Source of the DNA: Octopus sinensis
Lineage: Eukaryota
Assembly: GCF_006345805.1 (NCBI RefSeq)
Contig: NC_043000.1
Span: forward strand, 131,254,001-131,318,000
Direction: 5' to 3'
Length of the DNA stretch: 64,000 bases
The position numbers and the translations under genes were made by a program. The notes beneath the pieces are model-generated. The model was not told the DNA's origin. It ran no database searches and saw nothing but the letters and a program-made list of their open reading frames with translations. This document shows, in pieces, positions 50,374 to 63,543 of the stretch. Position 1 is the stretch's first letter, and every line of letters starts with the position of its first letter.

Positions 50374-53023
50374 TCCTTGCCAAAGCACAAAGGATCCGCC
50401 GGTACAAGAAACGCCAACGCTTCTTTGAAGAAAACAAAAAGTTCAACTCCAACTCCAAAAAGTTCTACCAAGAACTGGGCAAAAATAAAATAGAAGTCAC
50501 TGCAGCACCAATGGCAGAAGAATTGGAAGAATTCTGGGGAGAAATATGGTCGGCGAATGAACCACCAAAAAAAAGGAGTATCAAAATAACAAACTCGGCA
50601 TCTGAATAACTTTGGACCCCCATAACAACTGAAGAGGTCACCCAGGCACTGCAAAGACTAAGCAACTGGAAGGCACCTGGGCATGACAAGATCCCCAACT
50701 TCTGGTTGAAATATCTAACAGGAATGCACAAAAAGCTGGCTGAAAACTTTAACAACGTACTAGCAGAGCCAGAGACAATGCCTGAATGGCTCACGAAGGG
50801 GAAAACCATCTTAATTCCCAATCAAATGAAACAGAAAAACCAGAAAACTACAGACCAATAACCTGCCTCCCTACTATGTTCAAGGCATTTACTGCAGTGA
50901 TATCACAAAGGCTGAACAAGCACCTGGACGAAAACAAACTGTTCCCAGAAGAGCAGAAAGGATGCCGCAAAGGCTCATATGGCTGTAAAGATCAACTAAT
51001 GATTAATAAAGCCATAACTGAAGACAGCCACAGAAAGAAGAAAGGCCTCAGTATGGCCTGGATTGACTACAAAAAGGCGTTTGATAGCATCCCCCACACA
51101 TGGATCCTCGAAACACTAGCCATTAACAAAGTAGCACCAACAATCATAAAATTCATAGAGCACTCTATGAATAAATGGCAAACAGTCCTACACCTCCAAA
51201 CAAAAGAGGGACTCATGAAAACCAAAGACATCCCCATTAGAAGAGGAATATTCCAGGGAGACACGCTCTCTCTACTCCTTTTCTGCTTGGCACTGTCACC
51301 TCTATTTGATATGCTAAATAGAACTGGATGCGGATATAAATGTTACGGCAAAACGATCAGCCACCTTTTATATATGGATGACCTAAAACTATACGCTGCA
51401 AATGACAAACAGCTGGAAACACTATTAAAGACAGTTCATGGATTTACCAAAGAAATAGATATGAAATTTGGATTAGAAAAATGCGCCAAAGTAACCATGA
51501 AAAGAGGAAAACTAGTTAAGAGTAACAACATCACACTAGATAAAACCAATGAAATAAAAGAATTAGACCAAAGCCAAACTTACAAATACTTAGGAATCCA
51601 TGAACTAGATAAGGCACAACACACACAAATGAAAGAGAAAATAAAAAAAGAATATTATAGACGAGTTAGATCAATACTAAACACAGAGCTCAATGCTAAA
51701 AACAAGATAATAGGTATCAACACTTTAGCTGTCCCAGTTATAAGTTACAGCTACAATATCCTTAACTGGACACGAAATGAACTGACCAAAATAGATAGGA
51801 AAACAAGAAAAATAATGACAGGATCTAGGATGCATCACCCAAAATCTGACATAGAAAGACTATATATACAACGTATAGAAGGTGGTAGAGGCCTTATACA
51901 GCTGGAAAACTACTATAAAATAACCACCATAGGACTGCAAAAATATCTACTTCAGAAGGAAGGAAAACTGATCCAGATAGCGGCAAAACACGAGCAAAAC
52001 AAAAAACTGTTCTCAGTATTTAAGGAAGCTGACAAATACAAACAAGAAATCATACCACCTAATAAACATGAAGAAGAAGAAGAAGATGAAGAAACAACAA
52101 AAGCTATAAAACAAATGAAATCCAAACTAAAAATAGAACAGCAACGAACCATGATAAAACGATGGCAAGAAAAGCCCCTTCATGGTAAATACTGGACTAA
52201 ACTAAACGCAAAAGAAATAGACAAAGAAAAATCCCAGCAATGGTTGAGAAGCTCAGGACTCAAAGCAGAAACAGAGGGATTTTTAATTGCAGCACAAGAC
52301 CAAAGCCTCCCCACCAGAAATTACCAAAAACATGTAATGAAAAGAAATATTACAAGTAACTGCAGAATATGTGGAGATGGACAAGAAACAATAAATCATA
52401 TTATCTCTAGCTGCCCAGTCCTGGCTAAGAAGGAATATATTCACAGACATGACAGAGTTGGAACCTACATACATTGGAAGCTATGCTAACATTATGGAAT
52501 AACAACAGAAAAAAGATGGTATAGGCACACACCAGAAAAGGTCACAGAAAACGAGAAAGCAACCATACTCTGGGATATGCCGATACACACAGATAGAGAA
52601 ATTAAGGCCAACAGACCAGATATAGTTGTCAGAGATCATGAAGAAAAAAAATGCTTTCTAATTGATGTATCAATACCGGCTGATGACAACGTGTCTCTAA
52701 AAGAAATGGAGAAACTCTCAAAATACAAAGACCTGGAAATAGAGGTAACTAGAATGTGGAATCTGAAAACAGAAACAATTCCTATCATAGTAGGTGCATT
52801 AGGCATGATAAAAAAATATTCAGACAAATACATAACAAAAACACCAGGACTTACAATACATATAACATACAGAAAATTGCACTACTAGGCACTGCACACA
52901 TCCTACGCAGAACACTTTCCATACAATAACCATCAGAGCATCACAACAAATCACAGCACATATCCAAGGCACACAGAGCTGTGCTCGGTAGTGAAGTGAA
53001 AGCACGCTATAAAAATAAAACTA

Positions 53024-53030
<7 letters not shown>
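50372..53030 (+). mobile_element. R4/Dong-clade non-LTR retrotransposon (RT + CCHC + RLE endonuclease), 5'-truncated, recently inactivated
   Basis: YRPITCL, WIDYKKAFDS, GIFQGDTLS, YMDDLKL, CRICGDGQETINHIISSC, RPDIV...LIDVSIP...KYKDL. Frameshifts near 50820 and 52860, stop at 52487. (TAA)n on both sides. Confidence 0.93.
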
Positions 53031-53070
<40 letters not shown>

Positions 53071-53071
<1 letters not shown>

Positions 53072-53548
53072 TGCCTTGGTATAAAAGATGGGCTACAGCA
53101 AATATTCTGCTCAATACCACAGATTTGCTTGTCAGTTGTTTGACCTTAACCAATTGACCATGTCCCTTAGTGGCTGACGATATGTGCATCTCTGATCATG
53201 AGCAGAAGTAGTAGGGGAGCATCATAGCCATGTGAGAAAGGAATTCTTGGAGGTTTGGATAATTCACCTTTGGAAACATGGGTGGTTCTTTCAATATCCT
53301 TAAACAATCCTTATTCAGGGACCTTTTGAGCAGGGTGGGCTACTCGACCAGAAGAAAATTCTAACTGAGCCCCACCTGCAAGGTCATGTGCTGTTTATCT
53401 TGATATGAGATCACCATGTTGCACACATATGGTTGTGATGCATGTGCCTGGTGTACCCTTATCAAACAGGTAGTCATGATGGGTATACTGGGCTTCATAT
53501 ATTTTACCCCAGTGTCACTTTGATGGCATGCACTGCTCTCTCACTCAA
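53071..53548 (+). mobile_element. ~480-bp non-coding element bounded by (TAA)n
   Basis: No ORF. The 3' ~260 bp recur at 27965-28226, also ending ...CTCTCTCACTCAAT(AAT)n. Confidence 0.75.
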
Positions 53549-53581
53549 TAATAATAATAATATAATAATAATAATAATAAT

Positions 53582-54622
53582 AAAAAGAAACAAGCACAGA
53601 AAAAGCTAAACGCATGAAAACCCGTGCTAAAACTGCTGCCTTAGATATTCTGAATGATAAATGACAAGAAAAACCTCTCTATGGCAAATACCCAAAGAGA
53701 GCGAATAATGCAGATGTTGACAAAGCCCTGACCCATCAATGGCTAATGGCCTCTGGCTTAAAATCTGAGACAGAAGGGTTTATCGTAGCAGCTCAAGATC
53801 TATGCCTACCAACAAGGAACTACCAGGCCAACATATTAAAGAATGGCAGTAGCCCAACATGTCGTGTATGTCAACAACAAAATGAAATCATTGATCATGT
53901 TGTCTCCAAGAGCTGTCTTCTAGCACCTACAGAGTATCTCAACAGGCATGATAGAGCTGCACAATATATTCACTGGGTAATCTGCAAAAACCTGGATTTG
54001 CCCCATGAAAAAAACTGGTGGGAATACAAACGACCTCCAGTGCTTGAAAATGACCACATCTCACTCCTCTGGAACTTCACCATTCAAACTGACAGAAAGA
54101 TAGATGCAAATAGGCCAGACATCATATTGAAAGACTTCAAACAAAGAACATGCCTCCTCATTGATATGACTGTCCCAATCGATATAAACGTATCTGTCAA
54201 GACCTACCAAAAACTGAGCAAATATAAAGATCTTGAAATAGAAATCAGCAAAATGTGGAACCTGAAGACTAAAACAATACCTGTTGTCATAGGTGCCCTG
54301 GGAATGATAGCAAAAGGGGCTGATTGCTACCTAACTCAGATACCAGGAAACCCCAAAATGACAGAAATTCAAAGGATAGTGCTCATGGGAACTGCTCATA
54401 TCCTACGCAAAATACTTTCTATGTAATCTCAAGTTTTAAAACAAACATAATTTTTGTTTTTTTGTTTTTTTTAGACATTCACTAGTACAACACTAAGTAC
54501 AAAGCCAAATATATGGCACACTAGGCATAACAACAACGTGAACTTCCAACCTGTTGTCTCTTGAGGTCTCTGGGTGAGACTTGGAGCCAACTTGTACAAA
54601 TGTAAAGCAAAAGTCAAACAGA
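53582..54622 (+). mobile_element. Second R4/Dong-type element (different subfamily), 5'-truncated
   Basis: ORF 53746-54426: GLKSETEGFIVAAQD, CRVC...HVVS..C, RPDII...LIDMTVP...KYKDL, GTAHILRK. Between (TAA)n tracts. Confidence 0.92.
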
Positions 54623-56388
54623 ATAATAATAATAATAATAATAATGGTTTCAAATTTTGGCACAAAGCCAGGCCAGCAGTTTTAGGAAGGGAGTAAGTTG
54701 ATTACATCAACTGGTACTTATATTATCAACCTCAAAAGGGATGAAAAGCAAAGTCACCCTCAGCGGCACTTAACACAGACTGTAAAGATGAAATGCCACT
54801 AAGGATTTTACCCAGTGTGCTAACCATTCTGTCAGCTCACCAATTGTTTCTAATATAAGCACAAAACTAGCATTTTTAAAAGGAGTGGGTTAGCAGATAT
54901 TGTTGATTTCAGAACTTCATTGATACTTGATCCTAGAGGGATAAAAGACAAAGGTGACCTTGGTGGAATTTGAACTCAGATCAATAAAATGCAGGAAGAA
55001 AACCAGACTACAATTTTTTTACAATGTTCGAACAATTCTGCCAATAATTTGTTACAGACCTTGCTTCAGATTTACAGGAAAGGATATAGTCAATTTAATT
55101 GACTCAATATGTGACAGGTACTTATTCTATCTAACCTGGCACCAGCAGGATCTCAACTTGGAATGTAAAGAGATATGTACCACAAAAATTTCATTTGACA
55201 TTTTACCAATTCTGCTACTTCTCAATCTTAAAATCTAAACAAATTTTTTTTTTTTTTTGGTGAAATGGAGTGATACAAAGTACAAACTGTTGAACATGAC
55301 TGATGTCATTAACTCAATGTTGTAAATATTGAATGTTAATGCTTATGCAAAAAAAACTGGAAGACACAAAATCAATAAATGTTAGTGCTTTTGGAAAATA
55401 TATGGAAGATACGATACATACAAAGAATTATTGAAATGAAGGAATAAATGGAAAATGTCTCACAAACAGCTTAACACTTTTGTGACCATATTTCTTATGA
55501 AATATTTGAATTGCTTTTGAAAATAATCCAAAATTATTAATTTGGAATTTGAAATTAAAACATGTTCTTGCATATAATTGAGTTTAAATTTAAATATAAA
55601 GTCTGTAAAAGGATTCTGGATGAGAAAAGGAAGGGTGGTTTTCAATGAGTTGATATGTAAAATATTTTAAGGGAGAAAATGCTTATGGTAAAACAAAAAA
55701 AGGGTACAATTGAAAGGTGGATGCAGCAGACAGTTTCAAGAATGGGAAAGAAAACAGCTCGGAATTTCAAGATCGCATTCTCAATATTATGTGATTACTT
55801 ATGATAACAGTAAAAGAATCAGATAGAAGACATTACAGAAGGCAAGTTTTGTCGGTAAATTGAATAGTTCTTCTCTTCAGTCGTAATCAAGTATAGAACT
55901 CATTAGAGGTGATGTTCCATCACAAACATATTTGAGTGATACTCTCTATAATCATGTTGTTACTTCATTTCAGGACTGAGGTTTTGTCCATTCAAAGAAA
56001 GTACCAAGTATTCATAGTCATCATCATTTAACATCCGCTTTCTATGCTAGCATAGGTTGGACGATTTGACTGAAGACTGGCAAACCAGATGGCTGCACCA
56101 GGCTCCAATCTGATCTGGCAGAGTTTCTACAGCTGGACGCCATTCCTAACGCCAACCACTCCGAGAGTGTAGTAAGGGCTTTTACGTGCCACCAGCACGA
56201 GGGCCAGTCTGGCTGTACTGGCAATGGCCACGCTCGAAATGGTGTTTTTTATGTGCCACCTGTACAGGAGTCAGTCCAGCGGCACTGGCAATGACCTTGC
56301 TCGAATGTTTTGTTTGGCAACGACCTCATTGTTGTTAAGTATGTTGAGTTACTAATATTTAGTATGTACTTTTTTTTTCATTCAGTTA

Positions 56389-57180
56389 TCTCTCTATATA
56401 TAAACGGCAGTTTGTCTGTCTGTGTGTCTGTCAGGTTGTACCCTCACCCTGACCACGGCTTTCAACCGATTCTGATGAAACTTGACACACACATAGCCCA
56501 ATGTCATAATTCAAAACTAACGCAGCGAAAATTTTGAAAAGTTCCCCCGGTTCTGAAAAAAATCGATAAATTCGACATGGGTCGAGAATCTAAGCTTTTT
56601 ATATGCAACACATTTTCTGCAGACTGTCTAGGGGACGCAACTCGACCTTTTTAACTCTCGGAACACGTGGGATAAGTATCCCAAAATGTATAAGAATGTA
56701 CAAAAACGGCAAAAAAGTGGGCAGCAATGTGAGTGACAACAACGAAAAAGTCAAAGGTGACCAAACTGAACAAACGAATGGAAAAGGTTTTTTGGTGCAC
56801 ACGACAAAAGCGGTTTATAATAAACCAAGAGTTTGCAAGTAGCGTCCGAGGACCCTTAGGGTACGTCAAAAATTTAAGGTAAAACGTTTGGGGTGGTAGT
56901 TATAAAGAAAGTGTAAACAAAAAAAGTATTCGAATAACTTGCGGCTGCAGCAGCTATTAGCAGAAGTGTTGGGGGTAAAGTCTCGAATGTAATTTCTTCC
57001 TGGTAGGAATTGGTTGGGTTGAATTATCGATAACTGTTTGATAGTTATTTGGGAGTGAAGAGAAGACATTGCAACCTACACATGCGCCTTCGTTCCCTAG
57101 AGGGAAAGGACTAGATTGGGATTAGTCGTTGCCTACTAGGGGCTCTTACATACCCGGGCAACGTCGGGCTATGCTGCTAG
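56389..57180 (+). mobile_element. Non-autonomous Helitron (792 bp)
   Basis: A|TCTCTCTATATATAAACGGC...CCCGGGCAACGTCGGG...GCTAG|T: canonical TC/CTAG ends, subterminal hairpin, insertion between A and T. Confidence 0.88.
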
Positions 57181-57360
57181 TAAATTATATAAGTTATGTA
57201 AAGTACTAAATAATTTCACTATCTTTTTTAAGTTTTACCTGAAATCCTTTACCTAAATTATCTAATTAAAATCACACTGATTATGATTTTTTCACATTTT
57301 CCTGTTTGTGAGCTCATAATCTAACATGATTAATCAAAAAAAGTACTTTATTAGCTTTAA

Positions 57361-57563
57361 CCCTTTCATTACCAACCCGGCTGTAGCCCTGTAGTACAAA
57401 TGTCTTGCTTTCATAAGTTTTGTATTAAAATCTTCCACCAAACCTTAGTCCCAATTTATGTTCCTAACACTAGCTTAATGATAACTAAGTTATTTTACTA
57501 AGTTCTTTGTTATATCTAAAACAATTGAGAGAAACACAGAGCATCTCAAAATAAATACAGTAA
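57361..57563. mobile_element. TTAA MITE family A, right end missing
   Basis: TTAA|CCCTTTCATTACCAACCCGGCTG..., colinear with 10111-10331. Confidence 0.8.
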
Positions 57564-58383
57564 TCTGGTAGGTAGGAAAGAACCTTACCCTAGTTTAGCT
57601 CATTTATACTCCTAGTTACCAATACACATTTATTTATTAGATTCATTTATTGTATTTGCAGTCAATACTAAATAATGCCACTGACAGACACACTAAAGAC
57701 TCTGACCCAAAGGCACATTGTTTCCTCTCTCAGCCATTTTCTACTGCTTCTGTAAAGGCCTCAGCTCTTCAGAGCAGGCTGGGTTCATGCCACCTCCATT
57801 ATTTTGACATACATTTGTACTAAAAATAGACAATATCTATTCCTATTATGTCCTTAAATGTAGAAAAAATTTAAAATCTGCTTCAGTTTATAAAGATTCA
57901 GATTTAATTTTTTTCAATTTTGAAAAACATTATTTTTAAGTTAAAAACATTTGCCAGATGTCCAAAATGAAAATCAAGAGACCGTAAAAAATAATAAAAA
58001 TAATAAAGTTAGGGGAAATTAATAAAAAAATGCATGCTTAAACAAAAATACTTTGTTCTCCTGAGACAACATGGTTAGTGATGTATGCATCACTGTGCAA
58101 ATTAAATTGTAAAATTGAGTAAAAATGAAAGTACAACATGATTTTCAAAATAAATTGATTTTCTGGAGAAAAAAAAACAACAAAAAACAAAACATGATTC
58201 TATGATTTTTACAATGTTAAATTTTCAGCATGTGCACTTTTACAGCCTACACTAGTAAATTCAAATATCACTTTCAAATCTGCTTTTTGTTTTATTTGGG
58301 GCATGAGAACTGTTACTGTGTAATTTAGACAGGGAACTTATAATAAATGAGACTAAACAATTCTTTTTCCATATATTGTAATA

Positions 58384-58649
58384 AAATCTTTAAAAAAAAA
58401 TGTGCACTTTTTTAAAGCCTAGCCAGGCTCATGGGCCTAGTTTCCCGGTTTCTATGGCATATGTGTCCCCCAGCTGTACGGGATGCCAGTCCATCGCAGC
58501 ATTACTCATTTTTGCTAGCTGAGTGGACTGGAGCAACGTGAAATGAAGTGTTTTGCTCAAGAACACAACACGTTGCCCGGTCCAGGAATCGAAACCACAA
58601 TCTTACGATCATGGTGCTTACACCCTAACCACTAAGCCACGTGCCTCCA
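58384..58649 (-). mobile_element. tRNA-derived SINE family S3 with 14-bp TSD
   Basis: A-box TGGCTTAGTGG and B-box GGTTTCGATTCC. TSD CATATATTGTAATA at 58370-58383 and 58650-58663. Confidence 0.9.
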
Positions 58650-59200
58650 CATATATTGTAATACTAAGAAAAAATTAGTACATATTTTTTTCTGGAATTT
58701 CATTGCCCAAAATTATGGGTATGTATTGTATGTATTAAACTCAAATAAATATGGTGTTTTTGATTATGGACTTCTCATCAGAATTCAAGAATCTGTTAAG
58801 TGGATTGAAAATTTCTTTTAACTAGACATAAAGTAAATTTGTGTACAGACACAGATATTCCTGATTAGACTGTCCATCCTGTCTCAATCTTAATTGCTTC
58901 TTGCTAGAAAGAGGATTATAGGAATAGTTAATTCCAACAGGATTTTAATGCAGAATATAAAATTTGAATGTGATTGAGTAGTTGATGCTATTTAGTCTAG
59001 CACAACAGTATCTACAGCTCACTGCCCTTGTTAACTAAATCATAGTCAAGCCAATGAAGGAGCTTTTGCATACTTGCTCAACCTTCTAGAAATAACAGCA
59101 AAATCTCCCTTGAAACATACCCTATCATCCTAAAAGAAGAATACACTGGATTTTTTTAACCTAATATACACTATTCCAGAAAAATAATTAGAAAATTAAT

Positions 59201-59590
59201 GGCGCAGGAGTGGCTGTGTGGTAAGAAGCTTGCTTACCAACCACATGGTCCCACTGCATGGCACCTTGGGCAAGTGTTTTCTACTTTAGCCTCGGGCCAA
59301 CCAAAGCCTTGTGAGTGGATTTGGTAGACAGAAACTGAAAGAAGCCCGTCGTATATATGTATATATATGTGTGTATGTTTGTGTGTCTGTATTTGCACCC
59401 CCACCCAACATCGCTTGACAACCGATGCTGGTGTGTTTACATCCCCATAACTTAGCAGTTTGGCAAAAAGAGACCGATAGAGTAAGTACTAGGCTTACAA
59501 AGAATAAGTCCTGGGGTCGATTTTCTCGACTAAAGGTGGTGCTCCATCATGGCCGCAGTCAAATGACTGAAACAAGTAAAAGAGTAAAAG
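59201..59590 (+). mobile_element. tRNA-derived SINE family S2 (other copies near 3727, 3955, 7365, 19010, 19483, 26005, 32520, 35935, 46025, 46515)
   Basis: GGCGCAGGAGTGGCTGTGTGGTAAGAAGCTTGCTT head; other copies keep the GGGTTCAGTCCC B-box. Internal (TA/TG)n tract and AAAGA-rich tail. Confidence 0.88.
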
Positions 59591-62055
59591 AGAGAGAGAG
59601 AGAGGCCATAGCTTGAATGCCTTTCATCCAAGGTCAGCTTGATGAAGGGTTGACTTGAAACTAAATAACAACAAAAACAGCAACAATAACTAAATAGTAG
59701 TCATTTCAAATTATAGTTTAAAACCTGGGGTTGCCAGATGTTCCTCATTTGAGTGAGAATGTTCTAATGAGACTAGTAAAATCCTAGCTTTTGTAGATAG
59801 CAGAATGTTGGCCTTGCCAACTGATGAAAAGTACTACGTTTTTATTGGTGTCAAATCTGAAATTTTATATATGTGAAAAATAGCAAATTAGAACTTAATC
59901 TTTTAGTTCTATATCTCTCTAGCAACAACAGACTTCAATTATCGGAATTGGCAACATTTTCAGTTGTTCAAATAATATGATTGTCTGCACTCACATTATC
60001 TGGATGGTAAGTATTAGATTACAAGAGAATTTGAATTACTGCCGACCCCCTACTGGCCAACAATCACTATTAAAGACGTTCACATTTCAACAGATGCCAC
60101 AATAACATCATCATCAGCATCACCATCATCGTTTAACGTCCGCTTTCCATGCTAGTATGGGTTGGACAATTTGACTGAGGACTGACGAACCAGATGGCTG
60201 CACCAGGCTCCAATCTGACCTGGCAGGGTTTCTACAGCTGGATGCCCTTCCTCACGCCAACCACTCCGAGAGTGTAGTGGGTGCTTTTAACGTGCCAGCA
60301 GTACGAGGGCCAGTCTGGCAGTACTGGCAACAGCCACGCTCGAAAATGGTGTTTTTTACGTGCCACCTGCACAGGAGTCAGTCCAGCAGCACTGGCAACA
60401 ACCTCACTCAAATGTTTTGTTCACGTGCAACCAGCACAAGTGCCAGTGAGGCGATGATGACAACGATCACGCTCAAATGGTGCTCTTTATGTGCCAGACA
60501 GCTGCTCTGGCAGTGTTCCCACTTGGATGGAGCTGTTAGCGCTCCACTGGCATGGGTGCCAGTCATCGAATTTGGTTCATTCATCAATGGAATGGAAATC
60601 CTCATGCTTTATTGTCCATCTTCCATGTTGGCATTGATTGGACAGTGTGACTGGAATCAACAGGTTCAGGGACAGCACCATGCTCCAGTGTCTGCTTTAG
60701 CATAGTTTCTATGGCTGAGTGCTCTTCCTAATACCAACCACATTACAAGGTGTACTGGTTGCTTTTTTCATAACACCAAAACTAGTGAGGTCATTATGCA
60801 GCTTGCAAGATTAAGATCTCCTTCAATTGATTAGGGAAGCAGCTTTATGTACAGAGATGATAGAAGTGGCCAGAAGAGAGTTTTTTTTTTCTGTAGAAGA
60901 GTTACATAACAATTCGCATTATAGAAGAGAGAGAGTTATAGTAAACAGGATGGAACTGAAAAGAGAAATAAAATAGTGGTGAACCCTTATATGAGGTGAA
61001 TAGAAGTAAATAGGGACAGAAAAACTAGGACATGTAAGGAATTAAATTCTTGCTTTCAAGCTCACACTTTATCCATTCAACTTTTCTGCATTCCATCATT
61101 TATGCAATACCATATTTCTAATTTCTACAAAAATCCTTCAAAATGAATGATTACAAAATAACATTTGAGAAGAAACAGACAAATATAATTATGAATTTTG
61201 ACTACACACATTTCAATGCAGTTCCTAAACATCTTTAGTTTAATGAATATAGCTTGGAGAAAAAAAACCAATAAAGCAATTTACTTCTTTAAAAAATATT
61301 GGAAGTTGAGTTGTAGATCAAAGAACATTACAAAATAACTTAACACGACTTTCAAACACAAACTGCAAACTGAACAGGGATTTGAAATTATATATAAGAA
61401 AAGAAACTGAGTTAAAAAGTTCCAGTTTTAGATTATAGTGACTGTAACCATGTAGGCTTTATATGTATTAAAATTGTCCAGTAGTAAAATGAAAATTGTT
61501 ATACATATTTTGTGTATATTTTAAGTTGAAAATACAATTTTGTGTGTTGGTTTGAGATTATGAAAATCTGGCCAACTTCCTTTACAAATTGGTGATCAAA
61601 TATAAAATCAATATATTTCATTAAAACAATTGTTTCTAACATAGACACAAGGCTTGAAATTTGGCAAAGAATAGTCATTTACATCAGTCTCAGTACTTAA
61701 TTGGGAATTCATGTTATCAACCTAAAAGGAATGAGATTTAAACTTAATAACATAAGGAGCTACAACAAACACCACAAGGTATTTTGTTCAACACTTTAAT
61801 GATTCAACTAATCACCCATCATCCTGTATTTCATTAAAACAATGAATAATAATAATAAAAAAGATACTATAACTGTTATGCCCTTATTTTGTCATTCACT
61901 AAATTATTGATATCATCATCATTGTTTAACGTCTGCTTTCCATGATATGTGACTTGACTCTCTGATGAACATCTATGTTCATGAAATGTAGCTTGAGTCT
62001 CTCATGAACATCTGTGTTTCAACACAGATAGGTAGGAAGCAACTACTACAGTCAA

Positions 62056-62275
62056 CCTTTTGTTACCACATTTCTGTGAAATGCTCTGCTTTCATTTCAA
62101 TTAATTTTGAAAATAATGAAGAATTTATTAAAATAACTTTGTCAGTATTAATCTGGTTTTTGGAACTTAAATTAACTAGTAATTTTGATGCAAGGTTTTT
62201 AACTTTGATCACTTTGAAACAAGACGTTTGCATATAGAACCAGGGGTGTTATCAGGTGGCTTGATATCAAAAGAG
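62056..62275. mobile_element. TTAA MITE family C (degenerate)
   Basis: TCAA|CCTTTTGTTACC...GATATCAAAAGAG|TTAA. Confidence 0.55.
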
Positions 62276-63543
62276 TTAAAGTGATAGGAAAGGGAATTTC
62301 AACTGCTAAGTTGCTAGATTTTTCGCTTTGTTCAGTTGCCAGTACTTAATTGGGAATTCATTTTATCAACCTAAAAGGAATGAGATTTAAACTTAAAACA
62401 TAAGGAGCTACAACAAACACCACTTCTACTGATCAACATCTCAACAGGAAGTCATTACATGAACATTCTCATCACAACAGAAATTTTTTACAAATTATGC
62501 TAACATTATTTTCAGTTTTTCAAAATATTTCCTGGTTTCCCTAATAATTTGAGATTCACAAAATCCACTGTTATTTGGACAATTTCAGAAATAGTGGAAA
62601 GAATATTTGGTGCAGACTTTAAAAGATTGTTTCTACTATTGACTTTAGTAGGGAGAGGGTTAGTTGATTATATTAACTTCAGTGCTCAACTGGTACTTTA
62701 TTTATTGATTCCAAAATAATAAATGGTGAAGTTGACCTCAGCAGAATTTAAACTTACAATGTAAAGTACCAGAAGAAATGTCACTAAGCACTTAACTTGC
62801 TGTGCCAATGGTTCTGTCAACTGACTGTCTTGTTTCTCCAAACATTTATGTGTGTATCCTCTTCACAATATTGTTTCTAATTTAGAGACAAGATCAGAAA
62901 TTTTGAGGACCAGTTCCCCACCCCACTCCACAGTAGCTGTGTACTTCATTTTAATGACCCTGGAAGAATGAATGATAAAGTCGACTTCCTTGGTGGGATT
63001 TGAACTTGAAACATAAAACGTCAGGAGAAATATTACAAAGCATTTGTTCTGATGCTCTAATAATTCTGTCACAAATTAACAATTCTTTTGTTGTTGCTGT
63101 TGTTTAGCTCAAAGGTTACCCTTGATCAAGAAAAGATTTGATCAAAGGTAAGCTGACCATGACCATCCAACTATTCAGTTTTTTGTTAGGTGTAGTGTAT
63201 ATAGGACTTCATTATGTAAAGTTTCCTTCCTTTTTAAGAGGGCAAGTTGTAACATGCAGAAGGATTTGGTGGCCAATTTTAGCAAACTGAGCAACCACAT
63301 AGGGTTATTTTCATAATCCTAGGATAAAGCTATTATGCTGGAGCAATTTATGAACAAGAAATCAACTTTTCACTTGCTTCAATACTAAACAAGATGCCAA
63401 AATGCAGCTGCATTGAATGCCATAGGTGGTAGTCGCAAACAATTGTCATGAAAACCAAAATGCACATGCATCTCGTGGAAGTTATGGGTATAAAAATCAA
63501 CTTGAACCACGTTCCTGGCATTCATAATCTGGACACATCAGGT

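Noticed and set aside
50786-52489. Functional host gene or active retrotransposon (567-aa RT ORF)
   Set aside because: 5'-truncated, frameshifted upstream, and stopped before the endonuclease; it is a recently dead copy.
57662-57823. 53-codon plus-strand open frame after a TTTGCAG acceptor
   Set aside because: No donor, no recognisable motif; length is compatible with chance in 64 kb.
58600-58649. tRNA gene
   Set aside because: Only A/B boxes of a SINE head; continues into SINE body with TSD and no cloverleaf 3' acceptor stem. The same holds for the other SINE heads.
59964-60006. 43-nt plus-strand exon-like segment with GTAAGT donor
   Set aside because: No partner exons and no informative peptide.
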